In this document: in pieces, positions 16,101 to 27,298 of the stretch | Position numbering within the stretch: the first letter of the stretch is position 1 | Layout: each line of letters opens with the position of its first letter | Origin: Tubiluchus corallicola | Taxonomy: Eukaryota > Animalia > Priapulida | Assembly (NCBI GenBank): GCA_030141605.1 | Contig: JAQGDQ010000103.1 | Location: 1-64,000, forward strand | DNA length: 64,000 bases | Direction of reading: 5' to 3' | Position numbers and translations under genes: made by a program | The notes under the pieces: model-generated | Told to the model about the DNA's origin: nothing | Database searches by the model: none | What the model saw: only the letters and a program-made list of their open reading frames with translations

Positions 16101-19100
16101 GGCTTCTGCCCTAACTAAAAAATCCATACCAAGGATAATTTCATCACTGCATTCGGTAACTATACACTGTGTCACAACTTCAAGGTCTGCACTTACTGGC
16201 ACTTTTAGTTCCATCAGGCCATAACTCAGCAAAGAAATTTCTCTGTTAGCCGTGAGAACTGTAATTGTACTCTTATCTTGTCTCCATGGCAAGTTCAACT
16301 CGTCAACAAGTAATTTGCTAATCAAGGACTTCTCAGCCCCGCTGTCTAAAACTGCAAAAATATTACGATTTTCTATTCTTAATGAGATGTATAAAGCCTT
16401 TTCTTTTTCTGTTTGACAAGATCGTCTATTCAAGGTGGCACCTACTGCTGTTGACTGTGCTGACTCACTACGTATCTTTGAGCAATTTGCTGCTATGTGT
16501 CCCACGCTACGACATTTTCTGCATTTGGTGTAGCAGACATCTGCTTTATGACCAGGGAGAGTACATCGAGTACACTTTTCTCTCGGTTGTTTACGTTCCA
16601 CAACCACGGACTCTCGATGATCTCTAGCTAATGACTTATTACGACACTCTGCTGCACGATGCCCTTCTTTGTGGTATTTAAAACAAGTCATTCGACGAAC
16701 ATAGTTGCCTCTCCCACGCTCATTTATTGATTGTCTCTGTTTGTCAACAACCTCACGACTAATTTGCATTTTATGTAATTTGGCAATAGCTCCCTCCAGT
16801 GTAGTGATATGTGCATCATAAAATCTAGTACGCCACTCTGGTTTTAAGCCTTCAATAAATTTTTGTACACAAAATCTCTCTATAACATTTCTGTCGGTTA
16901 TCTCAGGATTTGCTGACTTAAACAAGCGAGTTAATTCATTGGCATAGGCATGCACACTTTCGTCCCTTTCAAATTTCTCTGATTGAATTCAGTCAGATAT
17001 AAACGCTGGGATTCCTCTGGGGTACAAACTCGCTTAAGTGCATCAACTAACTCCGTATACGTATTTGGCACTTCACCATCTTGGCGAGTTAACCCGTCCA
17101 TAACATTATCAGCCTGCCCAACCAACAATGCTGGCAGTACTTGGAATTTCTTTTCATCATTCCAATCACTGGCTACGGCAACTCGCTGAAAACGATTTAT
17201 AAATCTTGAAAAATCGCTTGTGCCATCAAATTCTGGTGGATGCACAATATTTGACGCCTGTGCCATGCTGCTTGATTGCTACTGACTTACTCGTATTACT
17301 ATTACTGACGAAGTTTCAAAACTAATAGACGTAGCTTATCCCACCGCTGTATGTTACAGTTTGTAGAGCTGACAAACTTCTAACTTCGTTTAAAAACACA
17401 TTTATTAAAACTGATTTAAAAAGAACAAGAGCTTTTAACAAAATAAAGCAAGAAATTTCCTCGCCATGGCGTTCTGCTAATCTGTACACTCTCTCTTTTG
17501 CTCTCCTGTGCCCCGTCTTCCTAATTTGCCCAACTAGTTCACTAATCAAGCCATATTACATCTATGACTCAAGTACAGCTTAGTCAAGCGTAACATCATT
17601 TCCAATCATCGCTGTCGTCGTCATTGTCGTCATTTCCGCCAATAATACCACATTGTCATTGTCATTTCCAATGAATGTGCATATCGCTGTCGAGTACCCT
17701 TAAAGAACCCTTAAACTACCCTACTTCAAGTAATTCTTTGGGCCAGGACCATTGATAAGACAATCAGGTTTATTGATCTTAAAGTCATACTAAAACCTCA
17801 CTATAATAATATAAGCTTTTACAACTTGAAATCCTACTCTCATTACGAATATTCAATTTATTTTATTATAAATTTACTGTAAAACTTCTTACTATACTTT
17901 TGATTTTTTATCAATTCGTTGTTAACAGTACTAAATTTGAAGAACCGCCATTTTTCGTTGCGCAAGACGAATGACGTTATGAGTACAGTCACGAAGTCAC
18001 GGGTCACGAGAAAGACACTTTCTGTACCTACCTCGTACGTCATCTCGCTCATTCTCACCAAAGACAGGAAACATGGCGATCTTTACGCGCGCGCGCTCGA
18101 AATTCGCCGGAAAAGGTAAGTTATTTAATTTATAAGTCTCTTTTGTTTAATAATAACTATAAAAATCTTTGTGTAATCACGATAATGCCTTAAAAAAACT
18201 TCAGTGTCTGTTGGGGTTATGTAGGCCTTTAATTTCAGGACGCAGTGGGAACACAGAAAAAAGATTCTGCACTTAGAGAGCAAGTGATCAGTTTTCTAGC
18301 TCTATTCAGACATCGGCGTTTGCTAGTCAGATTTATTATGATTTGCTTAGCAAGGTAAATTTTCTTTTTATTATAGTTTTAGCTGGCTATGATTTACTTA
18401 GCAATATGAATTTGTTGTTCATTATAAATTAAATCATTGACAAGAAATTTAGTGTTTATTATATTTTGGTCTTAGTTATACTGATGTGTGAACTGAATTT
18501 ACCATTATTATATTAATTTTAATTCTATATGTGATGTAAACTAATCACGTGAGCATGTATCATTGATAAAGAAAATTAGCTACTGTCCTCTATTATGAAC
18601 TTTTAGAATCATCAAGATTAAATATAGCAATAGCAATAGAAAAATAAATAAATAATTTTAGAAGAGCGCACAGATTGCTGATTTAAAATTTTTGACCCTG
18701 ATTAAGGAAATACTGCATTTTCCAGTCATATTCTCTAATTTCTTACTTGTTTTTTATTTTTTGACAACAAATTTTTATGCAACTAGACTAGAATGCGAAG
18801 CACTTACTGAGTTTTTTATACCCAACTGCCTGGATATGCCATTTAGAACACGATTTTTCGTTGTCATAGAATCTTTCATAAAAATTTCGAAAATAATGAA
18901 CAACGGGAGCGGGAATGGCATCGCGACGAAACAGACCTCTTCAAAGAGTTACTTCGCATGCGAGTAACTTAGAAATATTTTGTACAAGAAATGTTTTCGG
19001 AGGTTAACGCAACTAGATTTATAAAGACTACATTTCCTCATCAAATAAATGAATTCAATCATTCTAGTGACTTTGATGATTCTAAGAATAATCCACAGTT

Positions 19101-22100
19101 TATATTATTTTAATTATTTGTTTCAGAGCTATAAATGCTATCACCTACACCTGTATGATTTATGTAACACCTGTCATTACAAAAAACCCCTACGTAGGAT
19201 TTCTGATCTCAGGAGTTGTTGAGGTGCCTTGCTATCTCTTCATCGGACCTCTAATGCAGCGCTTTGGACGCCGGAAACCAGAAGTCGTCTCTCTTGTGCT
19301 TGGAACTGTTTTCTTGGTTACAAGTGGCCTAGTAAACCCAACTAGTAGGTCTAACGCTGCATTTCGGCTGTGTGTTAAGTACGAAACCCCTTAACCTTTC
19401 AAGACAAAACGCAGTGTCTTGTAATCTGCGTGTCCACTGGTAGTTAGAAATGCGTAAATTCAATTCTTTGTGTTTAATATTTTTTTCAAATTAAAGGTTA
19501 TAATTGTTCGGTCATTTATCTTTCCAAGTAGAGCTAAGTTGAAATCCATTGTTAACCAGTCAATTCTATATTACAAAGCAGTAGTGTTGGAATGCGCCCA
19601 CACGTTTTTGCCACAGTAAACTTACTGTGAAAGATTCAAAGTTTTTACAAAAAGTACAGTCTCGTGCTTTATTAATCATTAATGGCACGTAAATTTTAGA
19701 TCGCGTGTATATGGATCTAAATGCCTTTAATCAGTTTGATAAACATGTTTTCTCAATTTTACATGCTATGTTTTTAAATGTATTTACTGGAAACTTGTCT
19801 TGTTTTAATTTTTATATTAGTCTTACTTTTGCTTCAATTTCATTGGTCAAACTAAACTAAACTTAGGAACTATTGCTGATTAATTTAACAGTCTTTCAAC
19901 ATTTTCTAGAGATGCACTGGTTACTGGTGACGCTATCATTGTTATCAAAAGCTATGGTTACTATTTCTTACACTGTGGTCTACATGCACAGCGCTGAACT
20001 TTTTCCCACCACGATTCGTTCCATATCTATGAGCGTCGCCACTGTAGCAGCTTCACTCATCCACATTGTCACGCCAAAGATAATTTTTTTGGTGAGCAGT
20101 AAATAATAATCGAATAAATTTCTTTATAAATATTTTTTTGAAAAAGATGTAAAATTGCGAGTTTTTCAGGCAGTTTTGTTTGCTGCGAAGTCCAAAGAAT
20201 GCTACGTTACAGACTAATAATTCTGGGCTTGACACATTCTACGGTAACACATGATTTGCGCAACGCCCAGTAAACCATCTCAGAGTGTTTACGATACTAG
20301 TACCGCTACCTACTAAAACTAAAATTCAAAATTTATTTCAAAACAAGTAATTAAAAGCTTTTATCTGCAGTTGAATACTAATCGTCTAAGATCAATCAAA
20401 TGTATTTGTTGTACTCAAAATTATAATGTTTCAAGATTATTTTAAATGCATCACTGTCTAATGAATATTATAAGATTGACGGCTTTAATAATTTTATGCA
20501 ATAATGACGACGACGACGACGCCGACGCCGACGACGATGATGACGATGATGAAATTTCTGTTATATGAAAAGGCCTAAGCACATCCAAAAGTGAAGAATG
20601 ATGTTGAGATTAGCTTGAGTTTTCACTGTGTTTGCGGAAACCGTGGGTGTGAAAATTCTGTTAAAAACTATTTCTAAGATTTAAGGTTCTTACCAAGAAA
20701 TGTCAAGAGAATAAGCCTTTTCACAGTTCCAGCGATTGATGACGATTGTGAAAAGATCAAAGATTATGCACTTGACAACGCCTCGCAGCTAATGCTATTG
20801 TAATAGCAACAGTTTTAACAGCTAGCCAGAACCTTACCTAGTTCATTTTGTTCTTGTTCCTATTCAAACGCCTGCTAGTAAATCACTCTAAGCACACATT
20901 AATGCATAATTAAGTAAAGTCCACGCAAAACAATTGAAGTTACTGAACTAATGTGGCAGGCTGATTTACTGTATTTACACATCATGTGACGTTTGTAGTT
21001 AAGATGCGTTGCTGTGGTACACTTAACCTTTGACCTACACCAACTGCGCGTGCATGCAACAAAACTGTGAAAAGATATCAAATTATTAAGACATCGCTGA
21101 TTTTAAGATTTTATAAAATAAACTAAATTGCATATACTTTTAGGTTTACGTCCACAAGTCTTTACCCATGTTGATTACCGGTGGCTTGTCCCTAGTCTGC
21201 ATTATCATCGTCCTCTTTCTACCGGAAACAAACAAAGCAAAGCTTCCGGAAACCATAGAGGAGGCAGAGGCATTTGGTCAGGATCAAAACTGCTTCAAAC
21301 CCGCACCAACGTGAGTGAGCTTATTTCTTAAAGAAAGTCATGATGATTTTTCATACACTACCCGATTTTCCGGTCCGATAAAAAGTATACAATTTAACAC
21401 AATTAATATTGCATAGGCGTTTGTGATAATTAAATAATAGATTTAAAACTTAATTAACAGCGGGCGGGCCCAACTATTGATGACATCACAAGTTAGCATA
21501 ATTTTCAGCAGCATAAATATTAAACGAGTGTGTTGACGTGTTTGCAAAAGCGAAAATTGAAGTACAGTGCTACTGTAAGATATTCAGTATGTTGTACTAA
21601 AACTAGGCAAGTTTTAAGATAAAAACTCAAATTCCAAATTTACCGAAATTTACCAAATTCACGCATGAGCTGTCAAACGTGTGTAGTTTGTCACAAACCA
21701 ACACATCTAAACCGAGAGGTACAGCGCCCGTTTTCGTGCAATGCGTTTCTGAAATGCAGGCGCTAGTGCCCGTCGAGCTAGCGAATGGCGAAATGCATGT
21801 AACAGCGAAGAACTAGTGGCGCGAACGTCAAATTGTGTTTGTATGGTAATAATTCTTTCACGTAAGTCTTTTTTGAGAAATAGTATGTTTGCGTTCAATA
21901 TTTTAAAGTGTAGATTGCTTGACCTACATTTTAAGATTGGGTCTGGTTTAGCTTTAACTTGTGCTTAGCGTGTCTTTGAGAATATCCGTTAGCTTAATAA
22001 GAAAAAGGTACTTATAGAGGGCACGGTGGATTATTGCCAATCTTGCCTTCTATAATACCTGTTAGCTTCATGAGAAAACGTATATTTGATGGTAGATAAA

Positions 22101-22941
22101 TGATGTTTCCAATCATGAGCATCTTTTGGCTGTGAACATGACTGTGTAGGCCTGCAGGGGTGTGAACATTATTGGAATTAAACAAGGCAAGCCTCCCAAG
22201 GTGTAGACATTGTTGGAAATAAACAATGATATGCCTCCCGAAGTGTAGAAATTGTTGGAACTGAAGCATAGCATGCCTTCCAAGGTGTGGATATTGCTGG
22301 AATTGAACAACGTGAATTTCCTCTGGTGTGCACATTGTTGGAAATCAACAATGGTAAGCCTTCTAGAGGTGTAGACATTGCTAAAAATGAACAATGGTAA
22401 ACCTCCTGATGTATGCGCATTGTTAGAAATGAACAATGGTAAGTCTACCTGGGTTCGGACATTGTTGGAAATGAGCAATAGTAAGCCTTCTGAGATGTGG
22501 TCATTGTTGGAAATGAATAAGGGTAAGCCTCCCGGGGTGTGGAAATGGTTGGAAATAAACAATAGTAAGCCTCCCGAGGTGCGGACATTGTTGGAATTGA
22601 ACAATGGTATGCCTTGCAAGGTGTGGACTGTGTTAGAAATGAACGTTGGGGAGTCTCCTGTCGTGTGCACATTGTTGGAAATTGGTAAGCCTTCGAGAGG
22701 TGTGGACATCGCTTAAAATGAACAATGTAAGCCCTCGAGGTATGCACATTGTTGGAAATGAACAATGGTAAGTCTTCGAAGTGTGGACATTGTTGGAACG
22801 AACAATAATGATTAAGGAGATCAATATTAGGGCAGAGATGCAATATAATCAATAACATTTTTATTTTTTTGTAGAAAAGATGTACAATCTGCATGTCTTT
22901 TGTCTGAAGAAAATCCAGACGAGATGACTTCCTATGCATAA
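6188..22941 (+). CDS. SLC22-family (organic cation/anion transporter-like) MFS transporter, 5'-partial, multi-exon
   Basis: Phase-consistent GT-AG exons 6188-6291 (WNLVC...LGD), 7851-8002 (FGRR), 9534-9702, 10336-10462 (LPESPRW), 18239-18354, 19127-19344 (FGRR), 19910-20091 (AELFPTTIR), 21144-21310 (LPETNKAKLPETIEEAE); probable last exon 22875-22941 (less certain). Confidence 0.92.
6624..7144. mobile_element. Possible hAT-type MITE, followed by (TG)n at 7143-7222
   Basis: Termini CACTGGCGGCTC...GAGGCCCCACTG are imperfect inverted repeats. Confidence 0.4.
7400..7510. mobile_element. Short element with internal TTAGGG-like tract (Helentron-associated HINE-like); other copies ~28420-28582 (reverse) and ~62273-62425
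   Basis: Shared inverted termini GTTTACAATTCC..CACACA / TGTG..GGAATTGTAAAC around degenerate (TTAGGG)n. Confidence 0.65.
8060..9082 (+). repeat. 17-bp minisatellite (TAACCCTAAGGTGGCTC)n, ~1 kb
   Basis: Direct reading; roughly 55-60 degenerate units, ending in CCCTAACCCTAA. Confidence 0.92.
10561..11066 (+). mobile_element. ~500-bp TTAA-flanked non-autonomous DNA transposon (Kolobok-like, family B); further full or partial copies ~28070-28709, 34700-35078, 38390-38697, 41690-41921, 46270-46724, 52193-52674, 60480-60894
   Basis: TTAA|AGCACAAG...TTCCYCT|TTAA ends; shared core CCGTTAGG...TTTGAAACAAGTTTAGATAACATTG. Confidence 0.8.
11302..11828. mobile_element. Penelope-like inverted pseudo-LTR pair (foldback) with 10-bp TSD
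   Basis: Arms ~11329-11565 and ~11567-11828 are imperfect reverse complements; CCCATAATAA direct repeat at 11292-11301 and 11826-11835; 27-bp extension on one arm only; hammerhead motif followed by AATAAA in each arm. Confidence 0.7.
11765..11803 (+). ncRNA. Minimal type I hammerhead ribozyme motif (U3-A8 core variant)
   Basis: GCA-UUGAAAA-U-GACAG(UUG)CUGUC-GAAAC-AAUC-GUC-UGC: stem I GCA/UGC, perfect 5-bp stem II, GAAA core, GUC cleavage triplet. Confidence 0.65.
12008..12251 (-). repeat. 3' LTR of the Gypsy element
   Basis: TGTTAC...GCAACA; 5 differences by eye from 17352-17595. Confidence 0.95.
12771..17266 (-). pseudogene. Gypsy gag-pol polyprotein, interrupted
   Basis: Gag start MAQAS..PPEFDG; three zinc knuckles; LDSGA protease; YLDD RT; TDAS RNase H; HHCC and TDQGANF / PQTNGQCER integrase; terminal SRAGRPIRPPVRYQDY. 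Frameshift near 16965; stops or shifts at 14061, 13686, ~13407 and ~13048. Longest open piece is 14061-16955. Confidence 0.93.
17352..17595 (-). repeat. 5' LTR of the Gypsy element
   Basis: TGTTAC...GTAACA, adjacent to the PBS. Confidence 0.95.
20710..21080 (+). mobile_element. ~380-bp MITE family A; copies ~30235-30581, 37566-37722 (short), 56166-56557, 62837-63227
   Basis: Termini AATAAGCCTTTTCACAGTT...AACTGTGAAA(A/G)GGCTTATT and shared internal sequence; superfamily uncertain (AT or TAA target). Confidence 0.8.
21332..21953 (+). mobile_element. ~600-bp TTAA-flanked element (Kolobok-like, family C); copies 29012-29586 and ~44115-44546
   Basis: TTAA at both ends, AG..CT termini, shared GCGAAAATTGAAGTACAGTG and AATTCTTTCACGTAAGTC. 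Confidence 0.8.
22165..22806 (+). repeat. 42-bp minisatellite, ~15 copies
   Basis: Consensus GTGTGGACATTGTTGGAAATGAACAATGGTAAGCCTCCCGAG; 14-aa periodicity in the spurious ORFs. Confidence 0.92.
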
Positions 22942-23747
22942 AACAGGATTCTGCAAAATAATTAAAGTAAATAGCTGAGAAAAACCTAAAGTGAACTAAT
23001 AATTATCTGTAACTTATAGTGGTCTAAGGCAGATCTAGGAGAACTTGTTTGATTAAGAGCTTCTACGTATAACTGACATTACCCATTCTTGAATTAAAAC
23101 ATGGTGCACGATGTGTGCTTTTTTGTTTTTTACTTTGGGTTTTCCCATCATTGCAATTTTAATAAATCTCTCTAGGAGAATTGCAATGGTAAACTAGAAA
23201 TTAGAATACTATCGTATTCCGTTGCACATGGAAGGCGTTCAGTATCAAATTGCTCAACTGTTTCAATGCTATGATGTCAAATTTCGTATAATGATGTAAA
23301 AAGAAGGTAATAAAATCTATTTGTTCTGATTGCACCAGGTGGGGCAAACTCGGTACACTTTACACATGTTGGATTAGCAAATAACAACTATTAATTATTG
23401 AATTGTCCTTCAATCAACTTTTTTTAACAGCTGGATGACAACGACAGCTAGCTTGTTATGACAATTATAATCAAATATACAAGATGATGAAGCCTTTTGA
23501 TTAACTTATGTTATCTTTATTGTATTATTATAAATTGTGATGCTGTTAATAGAAAATGATAGTTTAGCATGCTCATAGTTTACGTATTTTAATATGCCAA
23601 TGTTTTGTTCTATTTTGTCTGATACTGATATCCTAGTTCAAACTCGAACAACAACGCAATTTTTTCTTTATGACATGAAAAGGTATGCACGTAAATCATT
23701 ATGAAAATCATCGTGACTGTACTCACAATTACACATGTATTGGTTAA

Positions 23748-24418
23748 TCCCCCATTTCACAATGAGGACACTCAGCAAAATGCCTCGAGGAGAAATTGCG
23801 ACATTCCTCATTAAAATGGAAAATTGTTTTCTATGGCGCATTTCACAGTGAGGCCGTGCAGCAAAATTCCTCATGCAGTTCTTCGCTAAAAGTTATGCGT
23901 CCTCCTTGTGAGAAATTTTGCTGCATGGTAGAAATACTGCATGTTTCATTTTCCCGAGGAACTACAATCAACACATTTCGGCATAAAATTCTAAGATCTA
24001 ATCTCTCTTTTAACAGACAGACGATTTTATGTTTTATTAATGCAACATCGATGGCTATATTCGTGAAAAAGAAAACTACACACGCATATTTTTATTTTAT
24101 ATATGAATATTTCCAGATTTTTGAAGTGGTTATTAAACTTTATTAAAAATCAACAGGTATGAAATTATATTGACTAACATCATCAATTGTACTTTGTATA
24201 TGTGTAACTGAATTTAGACATGGTTATACAGTATAAAACTCACAAAGTAGCTACAGCTAACTGGAACGCAGGGGAAAAAACGCACGGTTTCACTGTGAAA
24301 TAAACTTTCTTGCTGCATAGGATTTCGAGAAAAATCGGAAATTTTCAGAAAATTTTATGATTTTCCTACAGCAATTCCGTGCATCATTTCTTCTTGCGTC
24401 CTCCCTGTGAAATGGGCT
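23748..24418. mobile_element. PIF/Harbinger-type MITE; partial second copy ~34394-34680
   Basis: TIR CCCATTTCACA..GAGGAC / GTCCTC..TGTGAAATGGG with TAA on both flanks. Confidence 0.7.
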
Positions 24419-24806
24419 TAAGAGAGCACAAACTGCGTCAACATTGTTTTTCTATATAGACTAACATAGCTTTGAAAATGTCGCTAGATAAAGGTTCAAG
24501 ATTAAAGTAAAATATACCAAAATTTTAACAGTCATGAAGATCCTGAAAACTGGCTTCATTACAGTGTTTTTCACCAAGGTACTGTTATTTGTGTATAAAT
24601 TAACCTTGTAGATTGATTATTTAAAAATAACTGGCTGAGGAAATGCTTAGTTTTTCTACGGTCACTCATCTTGAAACAAGAAAAATTACAGTTAGGATGT
24701 TTGCTGTTTGTTTAATACTGTTGTGCAAATTTTTTTTTATCTAATTTCAACATTGTTCCACACGACTACGTATACTTACAGAACATAATGATATCTACAA
24801 ATAGTA

Positions 24807-27298
24807 CTACCTGTACAGGTAACGCGGTTCCTTTGTCTCGTATTTACAACACCGATAAATACAGTAAATAGTAACAACAAAAAAGAGAAGTCCTACAGCT
24901 GACACTGCACCTAGTAGTAAATAAAGTAAACTTTGATCAGTATCACAGCCTCCGCCACTTTCATCATCTAGAAATTTATCTAGATCATCAGCACTTGTCC
25001 AGGACATCTCTACGGCCCTTGTTGCTGGACAATTTCTAATGCCGTTACAGACTAGACTTTGTGAAATGCAAGTTTTCCCATCGGGACACGGAAATTCGCA
25101 TCCATGATCGGTAACTTTATAGTTGCGCTCTTTCTTGCGGTTGTAACGCTTGTAGATCTCTGACCAAAGAATATGGAACCTTCCATTGGGATCATCAGCT
25201 ACCAATTCAATGATAATCTTCCCCGTTTCTTTTTTCACTTCTTGCTCGTTCCAACCGTTGGAAAATATTTCTGGCATGGTTCTGTTGTCCTTGCAGACTT
25301 CCATAAAGGGCACCACTCCTTCCGGGGCGTAAAAACTCAGTTTGTTCGTCTCACAGCTTTTCTCAAAGTAAAAGTCTAGGAAGCGAAGGTAAAGATGTTT
25401 TCCGGTGGAGGCAGTAATTGTCCACACGCACCTTATTCTGTCTGTAATATTAGGGGACAGAAGTAACCCTTGGTTACCTCGAAGATTTAACTTTCCGCAG
25501 TCAAATCGTATGAATTCATATCTAGCAGTAAAATTATACACATCAGAATGTTCTCTAACCTTTATTCTATTCACATTGAAATTAAGAGTCACTTTACTAG
25601 TCAGGGAAGTGTAAACGAATGGATATTGTTCTTCCTGAGAGTTACATAGACACACTTTCATGTCAGTAATTCCATCGTATATTTGAAGAGAGTTAACCGT
25701 CTTTCTGCTGTGTGTTGGGTGGACACACGACCCATGTAGAGTTTTATTGCAACCTTTAGAATTGCGAAGATGGAGTTGATAAATAATTATTCGCACTTTC
25801 TCAAAACTCAGACCTCGAAAACTGTAAATGCAAGTCAAATTTATGTTGCCACCAGGTCCAAATAATAACGGATTGACGGGTGAGGAAAAATTATTGGATG
25901 ATTCTGTCCAACTGTAGAAATCTACATTACATCCAGCATCGGTAGCTGGTGATCCAGCTTGTGAAATATTAATAAACTCATACATAATCTTGTATTCGAA
26001 CTCGTCTCCAGTCAGCGACCCTTCAGTGCCATGGAATACTAGATAGTAATCTGGACCAGATGACACGTATCTTTGGTCTGGACGACATCCTTGCTTCTCG
26101 CCATACTGTGGCTCTTGTGGACACAGATTTGGTCTTTGATAGCCACAAAAAGTTGACACCAATTTGTACTGGTCTGCTTCTTTTGAATCATATAGCGTTA
26201 GATTAGTCTTGCAGATATTATCATAGACAGTGTCAAAAGAAGTAAAGTAAATGAGAACTCTCTGATTTGGTAGACCTTCAAACCGAAACCTGCAAATGGT
26301 ATTCGGTCGGTACCAGTGATCAACACTGTTTAGTTGACCACTTTGAATAAGTCTTCCATAGAACACCCAGTCACATTTTCTGTTTACTATTCTCGAGCTA
26401 GGCACTCTGTAAAAATTTGGCACAAATTTTGACACAAATTCGAACCCATTGTGGAGAAAACGACCAGACTCCATTGTGGCAAATTCAATTAACATGTGTT
26501 TCCCACTGGACACTATGTCTGGCACAGTGCCCTTTCCGCAGAAAGTGGCGATGACCTCAGAAGAGTTGTCAGGTCCGTCGTACAGGCGGACGTAATCTCT
26601 TCCACTGCAGTTATCGCGGGTAAGCACTTCGCGGGTATCACAGAAGTAGGCATCGTCACACGGAGGTCCTCCAACGACGAAATTGAAGTCCTCACGTTTG
26701 CTGGTGATCCGCACTTGGTTGTCCATACCACCCCACTCAAGATGGTACACGCAGGATAAATTCCGAGGATAAATGCCCGGAAATCCTGGCGACAACACCA
26801 GACAATCTCTTGCCGAATCGCAGTTTAAAAAATGTTTATTGCAATACGTCCCAGGCACCAGATCACCTCTTTTGCCAAGACCAAATCGACCGTATCTTTC
26901 CTCTGCTTGCTTTTTGGTGTAGGTCAGATATCCAAGTTCAATGTACGTCCTATGTTCGAATCTGTCAATCGATAAAACTAATCTGACGGAATTCGTCTCG
27001 GAGTAGAAGAAGTGGGTTCTTTGCGGATTGCCGCAGAAGTATCCGGGTGCGTCACGATTCGACTGATTTTTGCTGTAGTATCCGTCGATGATCTGCAAAT
27101 AACCGCCTTCGCAACGGTCGTTGATAAACTGGCCAATTTTCATCTTATTCATTTCTATCGCGATTATGTGGCCTTCTATTGCAGGGTCTATTAGAAAGTC
27201 GTACGTACAGTAGACGGAGGATCCTTTCCTGTATTCGTCTGGCCGTGGAATTTTTATCATCTCCCGGTACGGATTTGCCCACAGAGTTTTGTTGCACC
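24807..27298 (-). CDS. Large coding exon of a CUB/LDLa type-I membrane protein (about five CUB-like domains, LDLa, TM, short tail)
   Basis: Acceptor TTTTACAG|GG (phase 1); CUB motifs SPGFPGIYPRNLSC, DYVRLYDG..FCG, NTICRFRF, CVWTI; LDLa CEFPCPDGKTCISQSLVCNGIRNC; TM LLYLLLGAVSAVGLLFFVVTIYCIY; stop at 24807. Confidence 0.93.

Larger units (their letters stand above)
12008..17595 (-). mobile_element. Full-length, disabled Ty3/Gypsy LTR retrotransposon in an SLC22 intron
   Basis: Two 244-bp TG..CA LTRs; TCAT TSD at 12004-12007 and 17596-17599; PPT at 12252-12263; tRNA-Leu-like PBS at 17338-17351; domain order gag-PR-RT-RH-IN. Confidence 0.97.

Noticed and set aside
16931-16990. Programmed gag/pol frameshift
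   Set aside because: The shift lies inside the capsid region upstream of the knuckles, with no canonical slippery heptamer; more likely a 1-bp deletion.
22012-22939. Overlapping ORFs with 14-aa repeats
   Set aside because: Product of a 42-bp intronic minisatellite; no splice or domain support.
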